Below, one piece after another: positions 27,624 to 37,653 of a stretch of DNA of 64,000 bases. Both the position numbers and the translations under genes were made by a program. The stretch comes from Alphaproteobacteria bacterium (GTDB lineage: Bacteria > Pseudomonadota > Alphaproteobacteria > Rickettsiales > SXRF01), in assembly GCA_025360605.1 (NCBI GenBank), contig JANYBV010000047.1, positions 2,857-66,856 of the forward strand, written 5' to 3'. How positions within the stretch are numbered: the stretch's first letter is position 1; every line of letters begins with the position of its first letter. Under the pieces are notes generated by a model, which had not been told where the DNA came from, did no database searches, and worked only from the letters and a program-made list of their open reading frames with translations.

Positions 27624-28072
27624 AACGTCGTGTGGATGGGGGAGGGCTTGCCAGTGAACTGGCAGGCCTTCCCAACCTTGACCGGGCAGCGCTGGTAGCA
27701 CGGTGGCATAATCTCTATGGTACTGAACCACCGCACCGTATCAGCCAACAGCTGCTCGTGCAGGCGATTGCTTACCGGTTGCAGGAGCAGGAAATGGGTG
27801 GGCTTAAACCCTCCATCCGTCGGTTCCTGGCGAAGGCGGAAGAAGATGTAAGTAACAGGCAGCAGATATCTGCGCCACCGCCCGTAATCAAACCCGGCAC
27901 CCGATTGCTGCGCGAGTGGCATGGCATCACGCATGAGGTGACGGTGATGGAAGATGGCGTCATGTTCAATGGGAATAAATACAAATCATTATCGGAGGTG
28001 GCACACCTCATCACCGGTGCCAAATGGTCCGGCCCGCTGTTCTTCGGCTTGCGAAAGAAGGAGGCGGCATGA
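27620..28072 (+). CDS. DUF2924-like protein
   Basis: Motifs ...LVARWHNLYGTEPP...LLVQAIAYRLQE...LLREWHG...SLSEVAHLITGAKWSGPLFFGL. It overlaps both neighbours by 4 nt. Confidence 0.65.
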   Translation: MKRRVDGGGLASELAGLPNLDRAALVARWHNLYGTEPPHRISQQLLVQAIAYRLQEQEMGGLKPSIRRFLAKAEEDVSNRQQISAPPPVIKPGTRLLREWHGITHEVTVMEDGVMFNGNKYKSLSEVAHLITGAKWSGPLFFGLRKKEAA

Positions 28073-29745
28073 GCAACCCTCCTCTCAAGCGCTGCGCTAT
28101 CTACACCCGTAAATCCCATGAGGAGGGGTTGGAACAGGAGTTCAACTCCCTCGATGCGCAGCGCGAAGCCAGCGCCGCCTACATCGCTAGCCAGAAACAT
28201 GAGGGCTGGCAAATAATCAAAACGAACTATAATGACGGTGGGTTCAGCGGCGGCAATGTCAACCGTCCGGCGCTGCAGCAATTGCTTGCCGATATTGAAG
28301 CCGGGAAGATTGATGTCATCGTGGTGTATAAGGTGGACCGCCTGTCACGCTCGCTGCATGATTTTGCGAAGATGGTCGAGGTCTTTGATAAATACAATGT
28401 GTCCTTCGTCTCAGTTACCCAGCAGTTCAATACCACCACTTCCATGGGGCGGCTGACGCTGAATGTGTTATTATCGTTCGCCCAGTTCGAACGTGAGGTC
28501 ACGGGGGAGCGCATCCGCGATAAGATCGCTGCCTCGAAGAAAAAAGGCATATGGATGGGCGGACCAGTACCGCTGGGGTATGATGCTGCGGATCGAAAGC
28601 TCATCATAAATCCGAAGGAAGCAGAGACTGTCAGATATATGTTTCAGCGGTATCTGGAGCTTGGCTGTGTCAGGCTTCTGGCGGAAGAGCTTGAGCATAA
28701 GGGCATTCAGTCCAAGGCTAGATTCCACAAAGATGGTTCCCCATGCACGCGTCGATCATTCGCGCGTGGCCACGTTTATGTCTTGCTGTCGAATCCGATT
28801 TATATCGGCCAGATTCGTCATAAGGATGCATGCTACCCTGGGCTGCATGAGCCGATTATCAATGCAGAATTGTGGGAGCAAGTGCAGCAGCTCATGAGGG
28901 GCAATGCGGTAAATGGTAAATCCCATTCCAGAAAAACGACACCTAGCATCCTTACCGGCAAGCTTTTTGACGCCTCTGGCGATCGCTTGATCACAAGCCA
29001 TGCAGTCAAAAAAGGTAAGCGCTATCGCTACTATGTATCTCAGAGCCTTAAAACTGGAACTGCCGAACAGAACAGGCATGGATGGCGGTTGCCTGCGCAT
29101 GAGATCGAACAACTAGTCATGCAATCAGCCAAAACCATGTTGTCAGATCACTCAGCGATTGCCTCTGCATATCAAGGTGCTGATATTGAAAATCATGAGC
29201 TTCCACACCTGCTGAAAGCAGCGGAGAAAACTAGCCAGCGGATCAGCAGTGATACAGAGATATTTTTAAAGTTCATCAAACATGTCGAACTACGGCGCGG
29301 CTCTTTATCGCTTACGCTTGCGCTGAATGCCTTGCTACCAAAGGACTCCATATCTTCTCCTATCACGATCACCCACGAACTCCCGATGCATATGAAACGA
29401 TGCGGCGTGGAGATGAGAATGGTAATAGAGGTAAATGGAAGCCCGGCACCACGAATAGATGACTCGCTCATTAAAGCAATCGCACGGGCGCATCGATGGT
29501 TCGGTGAACTGGCATCGGGAAAGACGGGATCCATCAGTGCCATTGCCATACGCGAGAACATCGATAAAGGCTATGTGAGCCATCTACTTAATCTGGCCTT
29601 TCTTGCACCGGATATTACTGAGGCGATTATCGCCGGAAGACAGCCGGCGGATCTATCGGTAAACGGGCTGACTAAGCGGATACAATTACCTGTCGAATGG
29701 GTGCAGCAGCGACGTACTCTTAGCTTTGCACAGCCCCAACGTTGA
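28069..29745 (+). CDS. large serine recombinase
   Basis: Motifs RCAIYTRKSHEEG...SLDAQRE (catalytic Ser region), VVVYKVDRLSRSL, and FAQFEREVTGERIRDK, plus a large C-terminal domain. Confidence 0.85.
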   Translation: MSNPPLKRCAIYTRKSHEEGLEQEFNSLDAQREASAAYIASQKHEGWQIIKTNYNDGGFSGGNVNRPALQQLLADIEAGKIDVIVVYKVDRLSRSLHDFAKMVEVFDKYNVSFVSVTQQFNTTTSMGRLTLNVLLSFAQFEREVTGERIRDKIAASKKKGIWMGGPVPLGYDAADRKLIINPKEAETVRYMFQRYLELGCVRLLAEELEHKGIQSKARFHKDGSPCTRRSFARGHVYVLLSNPIYIGQIRHKDACYPGLHEPIINAELWEQVQQLMRGNAVNGKSHSRKTTPSILTGKLFDASGDRLITSHAVKKGKRYRYYVSQSLKTGTAEQNRHGWRLPAHEIEQLVMQSAKTMLSDHSAIASAYQGADIENHELPHLLKAAEKTSQRISSDTEIFLKFIKHVELRRGSLSLTLALNALLPKDSISSPITITHELPMHMKRCGVEMRMVIEVNGSPAPRIDDSLIKAIARAHRWFGELASGKTGSISAIAIRENIDKGYVSHLLNLAFLAPDITEAIIAGRQPADLSVNGLTKRIQLPVEWVQQRRTLSFAQPQR

Positions 29746-29894
29746 CCTCCAAAATAGCCTCGAGAGAGAATATGGCCCATGTGGTCTTATTTTCAGCTTA
29801 ATCACTTTTCTCTGGTCAACGATGAAATCTGAGTCGCGCACACAGCGCCACTCAGCGGCGTAACCGTATATATTGCGGGGATATAAGGAAATAT

Positions 29895-29970
29895 TGGTGG
29901 AGAATAGGAGAGTCGAACTCCTGACCTCTACAATGCCATCGTAGCGCTCTACCAGCTGAGCTAATTCCCC
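29895..29970 (-). tRNA. tRNA-Ala (anticodon GGC), CCA encoded
   Basis: Hand-folded 76-nt cloverleaf: GGGGAAT/ATTCTCC acceptor with the G3:U70 Ala identity pair, anticodon loop AUGGCAU, and T-loop TTCGACT. Confidence 0.9.
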
Positions 29971-30269
29971 GTGTATTATGTGCCATAACACTTGGCAGGG
30001 AGTGGAAAATACCCAAACTGCTGAGCGTGTCAATGATAATGCGGATAATTATGGGGTGGGGGTGTGGTGGCTGCGCGTGGCGTTGGCACCGTAAGTTCCA
30101 TATAAAATAGTAAAACTCAGCCATACATTAATTATTATATTGTTGTATAACAATTGTATAATTATTTTAATAAAAAATTATTATGTCATTTTTAAGTTAA
30201 ATGCTGTACAATTATAGCAGTAGTTGAGCTGATAATATAATCAGCCGCACAGTAAGACGATATCCAAAG

Positions 30270-30566
30270 GTGTTTATGCGTACCCTCATTACAGCATCGC
30301 TCGTAATAACCACAGTGGCCCTCTGCGCCCCTGCGGCGTTTGCACAGCAGGCGGGCGTAGCGCTTGGTGGCGTGCAGGGCACGATTGCCGGATTATCGTC
30401 TGTTCTGTCTGTTCCCGTGGTTGAAGCACCTGTCGGTCAGGCGAATGCTGCTGGTAACGGCACCCAGACTCCGCCGTGCGTTAAAACGCAGCAGGCTCAT
30501 GTTGATAAATTTGGGAATGTCGTCACTGAGGCCGAGCAGCAGCAAGACATCCTCGGTTGTATTTAA
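30270..30566 (+). CDS. small secreted protein (signal peptide)
   Basis: The N-terminus MRTLITASLVITTVALCAPAAFAQQ looks like a Sec signal peptide. Confidence 0.5.
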   Translation: MFMRTLITASLVITTVALCAPAAFAQQAGVALGGVQGTIAGLSSVLSVPVVEAPVGQANAAGNGTQTPPCVKTQQAHVDKFGNVVTEAEQQQDILGCI

Positions 30567-30574
30567 TTCAGCAG

Positions 30575-32395
30575 CTACTCGTCACCCATTTTAAGTGCCG
30601 CTAAAAATGCGCTTTGCGGGATGTTGACGTTGCCAATCTCGCGCATTTTCTTCTTACCTTTTTTCTGCTTGTCGAGCAGTTTGCGTTTGCGCGAAATATC
30701 GCCGCCATAGCATTTTGCGAGTACGTCTTTACGCATGGCGGAAATGGTTTCGCGCGCGATAATTTTACCGCCAATGGCTGCCTGAATAGGAATCGCAAAG
30801 AGATGTTTCGGGATCAGGTCTTTTAAGCGTTCGCACAGCTTGCGGCCACGGAAATCCGCCTGAGAGCGGTGTACAATAAGCGCGAGCGCATCCACCGGTT
30901 CGCCGTTGACGAGGATGTTGAGTTTCACCAGATCCGACTCGGTGTAGCTGGTCAGTTCGTAGTCGAAGCTGGCATATCCCTTGGAGCAGGATTTCAGGCG
31001 GTCGTAAAAATCAAATACTACTTCGTTTAGCGGCAGGCGATAGACGGCCATAGCGCGTGTGCCGACATAGGTCAGGTTGTCCTGAATGCCACGTTTTTCA
31101 GTGCAGAGTGACAGTACGTTGCCGAGATAATCATCGGGCGTCATGATCGTGGCTTTGATCCACGGTTCTTCAATTTTTTCGATTTTGGTGACGTCTGGCA
31201 TGTCGTTGGGGTTGTGCATTTCCACCATGGTGCCGTCGGTCATATACATGCGGTAGACCACGCTCGGTGCGGTGGTGATGAGGTCAAGGTCAAACTCACG
31301 CTCCAAGCGCTCCTGAATAATTTCCAGATGCAACATGCCAAGGAAACCGCAGCGGAAACCGAATCCTAAAGCAGTCGAGCTTTCGGTTTCGAATTCAAAG
31401 CTGGCATCGTTCAAACGCAATTTGCCGAGGGAGTCTTTTAAATGCTCGAATTCACCGGAATCAGTGGGGTATAACCCGCAGAACACCACGGATTGCGAGG
31501 GTTTAAAGCCGGGGAGAGGGGCTTCGGCCGGACGGCGTTCTTCGGTGATGGTGTCGCCCACTTTGCAATCGGCGACCATTTTGATGCCGGTAATGATATA
31601 GCCGACTTCACCAGGGAGAAGCTTTTCGATCGGCACTTTTTTCGGTGTGAACACGCCGAGCTGATCGACGGTGTAATTCGCACCCGTACTCATCATGCGG
31701 ATTTTGGCACCCTTATGCAGCGTGCCGTCCATGATGCGAACGAGAATGATGACGCCCAGATAGGTGTCGTACCAGCTATCGACGAGCAGGGCTTTGACAG
31801 GGGCCGTTTCATCACCGCGGCCATTTTTGATAAACTGGGGCGCGGGCAGGCGGGTGACGATGGCTTCCAGCACGTCTTCAATGCCAAGGCCGCTTTTAGC
31901 GGAAATCGGCACGGCATCGGAGGCATCAATGCCAATGACTTCTTCAATCTGTGCTTTGGTTTTTTCGATGTCAGCGGCAGGTAAATCCACCTTGTTTAAC
32001 ACGGGAACCATTTCGTGATGCGCGTCCATCGCCTTGTAGACGTTGGCAAGCGTTTGCGCTTCCACACCTTGTGAGGCATCCACCACCAGTAATGAGCCTT
32101 CGCACGCAGCTAAACAGCGCGATACTTCATAGCCAAAGTCAACGTGGCCGGGGGTGTCCATCAGGTTGAGCGTGTATGTTTCGCCGTCTTTCGCTTTGTA
32201 TTTCAAGCGAACGGTTTGCGCTTTGATGGTGATGCCGCGTTCTTTTTCGATGTCCATTGAATCCAGCACCTGCTCGGTCATCTCACGCGCTTCCAGCCCG
32301 CCGCACACCTGAATCAGGCGGTCAGCCAGCGTGGATTTGCCGTGGTCGATGTGGGCAATGATGGAAAAATTGCGGATTTTGGACAGGTCGTTCAT
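30575..32395 (-). CDS. lepA: elongation factor 4 (LepA)
   Basis: Motifs [34 protein letters not shown], and the full-length LepA C-terminus. Confidence 0.95.
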   Translation of the reverse strand: MNDLSKIRNFSIIAHIDHGKSTLADRLIQVCGGLEAREMTEQVLDSMDIEKERGITIKAQTVRLKYKAKDGETYTLNLMDTPGHVDFGYEVSRCLAACEGSLLVVDASQGVEAQTLANVYKAMDAHHEMVPVLNKVDLPAADIEKTKAQIEEVIGIDASDAVPISAKSGLGIEDVLEAIVTRLPAPQFIKNGRGDETAPVKALLVDSWYDTYLGVIILVRIMDGTLHKGAKIRMMSTGANYTVDQLGVFTPKKVPIEKLLPGEVGYIITGIKMVADCKVGDTITEERRPAEAPLPGFKPSQSVVFCGLYPTDSGEFEHLKDSLGKLRLNDASFEFETESSTALGFGFRCGFLGMLHLEIIQERLEREFDLDLITTAPSVVYRMYMTDGTMVEMHNPNDMPDVTKIEKIEEPWIKATIMTPDDYLGNVLSLCTEKRGIQDNLTYVGTRAMAVYRLPLNEVVFDFYDRLKSCSKGYASFDYELTSYTESDLVKLNILVNGEPVDALALIVHRSQADFRGRKLCERLKDLIPKHLFAIPIQAAIGGKIIARETISAMRKDVLAKCYGGDISRKRKLLDKQKKGKKKMREIGNVNIPQSAFLAALKMGDE

Positions 32396-32623
32396 AGATG
32401 CGTCTGTTTAAGGGAATTTCACACCCGCTGCAAGTATTATGCTCACGCGCGGACGCGGTGACAGATGCAAACAAGAATAATAATTGAAATTCAAAAGGAT
32501 ATAATTTCAGGCAGCGGTGTTTTTACCGCTACCTTCATAAATATTTCACATTACCCATGGGTATGGCGTTGTAAGATATGAGCTAGTAACCAAAACCAAC
32601 GCAACCACAAAAAAGTAACCCGC

Positions 32624-33775
32624 GTGTTCGGACTGGAAAAAACACTGGATAAAGAGGAACTGCGCAAGGGCTTTAACCGCTCGAATGTTTATGACACGCG
32701 CAAGGAACTTGGTTATCAGGCGCAGCGCAGCGGTGTTTCATTTGTCACGCGCCGTGTCGCCGAGCTTGGCACACAGGCAATTGAAAACAGCGCCGACGTA
32801 CTGGGTGGCCTCATTACCAACAGCGTCGGGTCGATCCTCGAATTTGCTGTCGGGCCGGAAATTGCCCGCAACCTCGGGTTGTTCGCCGGAGCGATTGGCG
32901 GCAGCATGGCGGGTATCGCAAGTATGGGCGTGGCCGGTGGTATCAGTGCCGGCTTCAGCCAGATGGATTACCTCCACCAGAAACGCAACCTGCGTGATCT
33001 CTACAGGGAAGAGCTGGCTGCAAAACTGAACAAATCCCCATCCGAAGTGACGGTGCGGGACATGGAGGACATGGCCAAGCACAATCCTGTTCTCGATGAA
33101 GAACTCAAACGCGCGAAAAAGCAACGCAACTTCAGCGTGCCGTTAGCGGTGGTGGCAACGCTGGCCTCATTCGCCGTGGCGGTTACATTGCTGCCGGTGA
33201 TTCCCGGGGCGGGTGGTTTGCTGCTCAAAGCGGCTGTATCCATGGCCACCTATCTGGCGGTGAAAACACCATTGCAGGTTATTGGCAACCGTATGCTCGG
33301 CCTAAAGGATGAAACGGCCAACGACCGTATTTTTGAGATTAAACTTGCCCATGAGCGCGGCGTTGAAATTACGGCTGAAGATATTATGCCGGTGATGGTG
33401 AAGGCCAATCCGCTGCTGGGGGAAACGATCACTAAAGAATTCGGCGCTCGCTTCGACGATTTGCCACCGGAAAAATATGCGCTGGCCGCCCAGAAAATTA
33501 AAACGCTCGCCCCCGTTGAGGCACTGGCGGCAGCAATCAATAACGGTACTATTGAAACGACCGAGCTGCTCTTTGCCAGCATCGGGGACCGTTCGGGCGT
33601 GCCACCTACAATGCCTGACAGCGCGGTGATCGGCGCTGAAAACCCTACGCCGCAGGTATCACTGTTTCAGGACAAGCTATCCCCCGCGAAGCGCAACTCC
33701 AGCGTTGGCTTTACCGAACGCCTTACGCAGGCTTCCGCCGAGGCCAGTGCCACCGTTGGCAGCACACTCGCGTAA
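32624..33775 (+). CDS. hypothetical membrane-associated protein
   Basis: 383-aa ORF with a GTG start and Gly/Ala-rich hydrophobic segments. No motif recognised. Confidence 0.45.
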   Translation: MFGLEKTLDKEELRKGFNRSNVYDTRKELGYQAQRSGVSFVTRRVAELGTQAIENSADVLGGLITNSVGSILEFAVGPEIARNLGLFAGAIGGSMAGIASMGVAGGISAGFSQMDYLHQKRNLRDLYREELAAKLNKSPSEVTVRDMEDMAKHNPVLDEELKRAKKQRNFSVPLAVVATLASFAVAVTLLPVIPGAGGLLLKAAVSMATYLAVKTPLQVIGNRMLGLKDETANDRIFEIKLAHERGVEITAEDIMPVMVKANPLLGETITKEFGARFDDLPPEKYALAAQKIKTLAPVEALAAAINNGTIETTELLFASIGDRSGVPPTMPDSAVIGAENPTPQVSLFQDKLSPAKRNSSVGFTERLTQASAEASATVGSTLA

Positions 33776-33845
33776 GCGAAACGGGTGACAATCGCTGCAA
33801 TACCCTTTATAAGCCCCCTATATATTATCCTTTCGGAGACTTGGA

Positions 33846-34559
33846 ATGCATAGCCTCGCCAGCCCTGCGAGATTCATACGCCTTTCGGACACGCTGTTGC
33901 CGTGGCTTTCGGTGCTGACTGCTTTGCTGCTGCTATTTGGCGTGACGGAAGCGTTGTTTGTTTCGCCCGCCGATTACCAGCAGGGCGACACGGTACGCAT
34001 TATGTATGTGCATGTGCCCTCCGCGTGGATGTCGATGATGATCTATTCGGTGATGGCGGCGGCGAGTGCATCTTTTTTAATATGGAAACATACGCTGGCC
34101 GATGTGGTGGCGCGTGTCAGTGCCCCGCTGGGTGCAGGCTTTACCGCGGTAACGCTGGCGACCGGTTCGCTCTGGGGCAAGCCGATGTGGGGCACGTGGT
34201 GGGTGTGGGATGCGCGCCTGACCTCGGTGCTGATCCTGTTTTTCCTTTATATCGGATACATTGCCCTGTCGGATAACTATGCCCATCAGGAGCGCGGGAA
34301 GAAAATATGCGCGGTGATGGCGCTGGTAGGCTTTGCCAATATCCCTGTAATCCGCTTTTCGGTCGAGTGGTGGAACACGCTCCACCAGCCCGCCAGCCTG
34401 ATCCGCGCCGGAGGGGTGGCGATTGACGGTTCCATGCTCGTTCCGTTGCTGTCGATGGGGGTAGCTTTCACCCTATTATATATAGTGCTTTTGATGGTTC
34501 GGGTGAAAACCGCCCTGATTCAGCAGAAGATCCGTCGCCTCCAGTTCACCAAAAGCTAG
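33846..34559 (+). CDS. ccmC: heme exporter protein C (cytochrome c maturation)
   Basis: Trp-rich motif WGKPMWGTWWVWDARLTS and multiple TM segments. Confidence 0.9.
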   Translation: MHSLASPARFIRLSDTLLPWLSVLTALLLLFGVTEALFVSPADYQQGDTVRIMYVHVPSAWMSMMIYSVMAAASASFLIWKHTLADVVARVSAPLGAGFTAVTLATGSLWGKPMWGTWWVWDARLTSVLILFFLYIGYIALSDNYAHQERGKKICAVMALVGFANIPVIRFSVEWWNTLHQPASLIRAGGVAIDGSMLVPLLSMGVAFTLLYIVLLMVRVKTALIQQKIRRLQFTKS

Positions 34560-34650
34560 CCGGAGCCTTGCGATTACTGCTTGATATTTTTTTCCAATCC
34601 ACTAAATACTGGCTCCAACGTAACCAACCCCAAACTACTGTGATACGCCT

Positions 34651-34989
34651 ATGACCTTCGTTGTGACTGATGCCTGCATTAAATGTAAATACACCGATTG
34701 CGTGGAAGTCTGCCCTGTGGACTGCTTCTATGAAGGTGAAAACATGTTGGTTATCAACCCTGATGAGTGCATCGATTGTGGTGTGTGCGAACCGGAATGT
34801 CCGGCCGAAGCCATCCATCCCGAATCGGATGAACTTCTGAAATGGGTGGAGCAAAACCGTCAGTTTTCCGCCCAATGGCCGAATATCACCGTGAAAAAGC
34901 CACAGCCTACCGATGCCGATGAATTTAAGGGCATGGAAGGCAAATTCGACAAATTCTTCTCGCCCAAGGCCGGTGAGGGGTCGAAATAA
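34651..34989 (+). CDS. fdxA: 7Fe ferredoxin (FdxA type)
   Basis: Cys motifs [25 protein letters not shown]...[12 protein letters not shown]. Confidence 0.9.
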   Translation: MTFVVTDACIKCKYTDCVEVCPVDCFYEGENMLVINPDECIDCGVCEPECPAEAIHPESDELLKWVEQNRQFSAQWPNITVKKPQPTDADEFKGMEGKFDKFFSPKAGEGSK

Positions 34990-35260
34990 GCTAGGGCATT
35001 TCCCGCTTAATCTCTCAAATTCTCACCCGCCCCCCAAGGCTGCGGGTAAATTGTTGCCGCTGATTTGTGAAAAATCAAAGGGAAAGCACCCAAAGGGCAC
35101 CCCTACAACTAAAACCTTTCTTTTTCGTTAAAATCGTGATAGTGTTACGCTTGTTTTGTAGGATGACCCCATTTAGTGGGGGGTATAAGACAATAGATAC
35201 ACTACATATAGTTTAATCAATGCAGAGTCCCTGCAGCAACAGAAGCTATAAGGAAAAACT

Positions 35261-36112
35261 ATGCCCCAGAAGATTTCGAGCAAAGTGCAGAAAAAGTCAA
35301 AAGCAGTTACTGCCAAAACAAAGCCTGTTCAGAAAAAAATTGCCGCGAAGCCTGTAGCCAAAAAAATGGCGACCAAGGCCGTAGCCGCCAAATCCGCTAA
35401 AGCAAAAATCGTTTCCAAGCCTGTTCCCGCTAAAAAAGCTGCGGTTGCCAAGGTGGCTGTGAAAAAGGTGGAAATCCTGAAAGCCGCTCCTGTGAAAGCA
35501 GTTGAGAAAAAAGCTGTCGTTGAAGCGAAACCGGTTATGACCGCACCTGTGGCTGCGAAGCCTGCTGTGTCGAAATCCGCTGCGAATACCAAGCCGCAAT
35601 ATAAAGTGGGCGTGCATGTGGTGTACCCGACACACGGTGTTGGTAAAATCGTTGCTGAAGAAACCCAGATGATCGGTGATGTTGAGCTGCGTATGCTCGT
35701 GATCGCTTTCGATAAAGACAAAATGACCCTGCGCGTGCCGGTACACCGTGCAACGGCTGCTGGTCTGCGTCCGGTCAGCTCGCTTGAACAGATGAAAAAA
35801 GTATTCCTGACCCTTAAGGGCCGTGCCCGTACCTCACGTGGTATGTGGTCACGCCGCGCACAGGAATATGAAACAAAAATCAACTCCGGCAACATCTTCT
35901 TTATTGCCGAAGTGGTTCGTGACCTGCATCAGAATGTCGATCAGTCCGAGCGTTCATACTCCGAACGTATGATCTATGAATCAGCGCTTGCTCGCCTCGT
36001 GGGCGAACTCGCTGCGGCTGAAGGTACCGACCACAAAGTGGCGACCGACAAGCTTATGAAGCTCTTGCGTGCGAAGGTGGCTGCAGCTGCTGCGCTCAAG
36101 GAAGCGGCATAA
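35261..36112 (+). CDS. carD: CarD/CdnL-family transcription regulator with ~113-aa Lys/Ala/Pro-rich N-terminal extension
   Basis: The CarD core runs from YKVGVHVVYPTHGVGKI to the end. It is preceded by AKKxxAKPV-type low-complexity repeats. Confidence 0.85.
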   Translation: MPQKISSKVQKKSKAVTAKTKPVQKKIAAKPVAKKMATKAVAAKSAKAKIVSKPVPAKKAAVAKVAVKKVEILKAAPVKAVEKKAVVEAKPVMTAPVAAKPAVSKSAANTKPQYKVGVHVVYPTHGVGKIVAEETQMIGDVELRMLVIAFDKDKMTLRVPVHRATAAGLRPVSSLEQMKKVFLTLKGRARTSRGMWSRRAQEYETKINSGNIFFIAEVVRDLHQNVDQSERSYSERMIYESALARLVGELAAAEGTDHKVATDKLMKLLRAKVAAAAALKEAA

Positions 36113-36130
36113 GTTTTAGCTATTACCGGA

Positions 36131-36166
36131 AAAGGCGGCCATGATTGGGCCGCCTTTTTTGTTTTT
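36131..36166 (+). terminator. Rho-independent terminator after carD
   Basis: Stem GGCGGCC (36134-36140) pairs with GGCCGCC (36148-36154) and is followed by TTTTTTGTTTTT. Confidence 0.65.
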
Positions 36167-36279
36167 AAAACAATGCGTTATGAGGTTTAGTCGCGTTGTC
36201 ACATTTCTTTCATTTGTGATTAGGGGCGGGTTTCAATAGAATAAAGCCATAAAAACAGCTGTTTATTAGGGTAGACGTT

Positions 36280-36843
36280 ATGTCCGAAGCACTCATCTTA
36301 AAAAAGACTGATGCACCAACCTATTTCAATAAGGAAGCGCTGATCGGTACCTTGCTGGTTCCGGGGCTTGGCACCATTATCGGTGCGATGGTCGGTAAAA
36401 GCCGGATGGAAGAAGAAGCAAAAAATGGTAAGGTCGTCACGGACCAGACAAGTTTCTGGAATAAAGATGCGCTGATGGGCGGCGTGCTGGGCGATCTGGT
36501 GGGTGGTGCTATTTTTGCTAGTGTGGTGGGGCTTGGCGCAATTACCGCCCTTGCTACCGGAATGCCTGTAGTATTTGGTGCCGGTGCGATTGCCGCAGGT
36601 ATTGGCTGGGCTGCAAGTGTTGCCGTGGGTGCTTATCTTGGCGGCAAGTCAGGTGAAGCAAGTCAAAAAGCCGAATTTGAAGAAGCCAAACAACAAACTA
36701 TTGTGGCACATCTTAGCCACACCGTGTCGCCGGAAGTGGGCAAAGCGGTAGAATACTCCATGCAGCACAATAAAGAATGGGGCAAACAGGTCGCCCAAGA
36801 CCGTTTGCTCGCTGAAGCGCAGCAGCATCATCACAACGTGTAA
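36280..36843 (+). CDS. hypothetical glycine-zipper membrane protein
   Basis: 187-aa ORF with GxxxG-rich hydrophobic stretches and a C-terminal QQHHHN. Confidence 0.45.
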   Translation: MSEALILKKTDAPTYFNKEALIGTLLVPGLGTIIGAMVGKSRMEEEAKNGKVVTDQTSFWNKDALMGGVLGDLVGGAIFASVVGLGAITALATGMPVVFGAGAIAAGIGWAASVAVGAYLGGKSGEASQKAEFEEAKQQTIVAHLSHTVSPEVGKAVEYSMQHNKEWGKQVAQDRLLAEAQQHHHNV

Positions 36844-36846
36844 AAA

Positions 36847-37653
36847 GTGGATTCCAAACAATCCCCCCCTGCTGAAACGGAAGCTGAACTGCAGCTTGAT
36901 TACCAGCAATTTATCGCAGGATTAAAAACGGTCGCCGAAGATCCGATGGAAGCCCCCAAGCGGCGCACGGGTGCGCTCATGTACCTTAATCTCGACCGTA
37001 TGGGCAACGGCGAAAAACGTATTGAACATTCGATGGCAGCAGGCCTCAAGGCCCGCATCCGCCACGGTAAAATCATCGTCAACGGCGCAGAAAAACATGC
37101 CGTTGAAAAAGCGGTCGACAGCATCCTGAAGGAAAAAGACAGCCGTGAGGCGTTGCAGGAAGCGATGAATCCTGACGATGCCTCGCAGGCCGCGGACATC
37201 ACGCGCCGCGAATGGGGTGGCAAGGTCAGTAAAATGATGGGTTGGGCCATGCTGGTGACCATCACCGGCAAAGGACTACTCGATCACGGCATGAATGCAA
37301 CTACGGCGAAAATACGCAAAGAAGTGCAATTACCGCAGCTGGTAAAATATATTCAGGACCATCCACCACCGGAAAAACAACCCGAAAGGGACGAATATTA
37401 CAACGAACTGGATAAACAGATGTCGCGCGGGATCGTAGGTACGGTACGTGACCAGTTTCCGTGGTTGAGCATTATGTCGGCGGTGGGAGCCACCGTGTTG
37501 ATTCATTTTGGTGGAAAATCACGCGAGGCGGCGGTGCAGGCGCGTGAGGAACATCAAAAGCTGTGCGCGCGCTATGCTGCCGATGTGGCGGGCGAGGTGA
37601 TTGAAAAACTGGCGTTGCAGGAACGCGCTGCTGTCGGCCGTCCCAAAAATTAA
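36847..37653 (+). CDS. hypothetical protein
   Basis: 268-aa ORF with a GTG start 3 nt after the previous stop. No motif recognised. Confidence 0.4.
   Translation: MDSKQSPPAETEAELQLDYQQFIAGLKTVAEDPMEAPKRRTGALMYLNLDRMGNGEKRIEHSMAAGLKARIRHGKIIVNGAEKHAVEKAVDSILKEKDSREALQEAMNPDDASQAADITRREWGGKVSKMMGWAMLVTITGKGLLDHGMNATTAKIRKEVQLPQLVKYIQDHPPPEKQPERDEYYNELDKQMSRGIVGTVRDQFPWLSIMSAVGATVLIHFGGKSREAAVQAREEHQKLCARYAADVAGEVIEKLALQERAAVGRPKN

Larger units (their letters stand above)
1745..29894. mobile_element. composite genomic island / integrative-element array next to tRNA-Ala
   Basis: Two large serine recombinases, ParB-like genes, a TA pair, a phage remnant and a defence-gene stack. Base composition is patchy. 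The right end abuts the tRNA 3' end. The left end is not defined by sequence alone. Confidence 0.55.
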
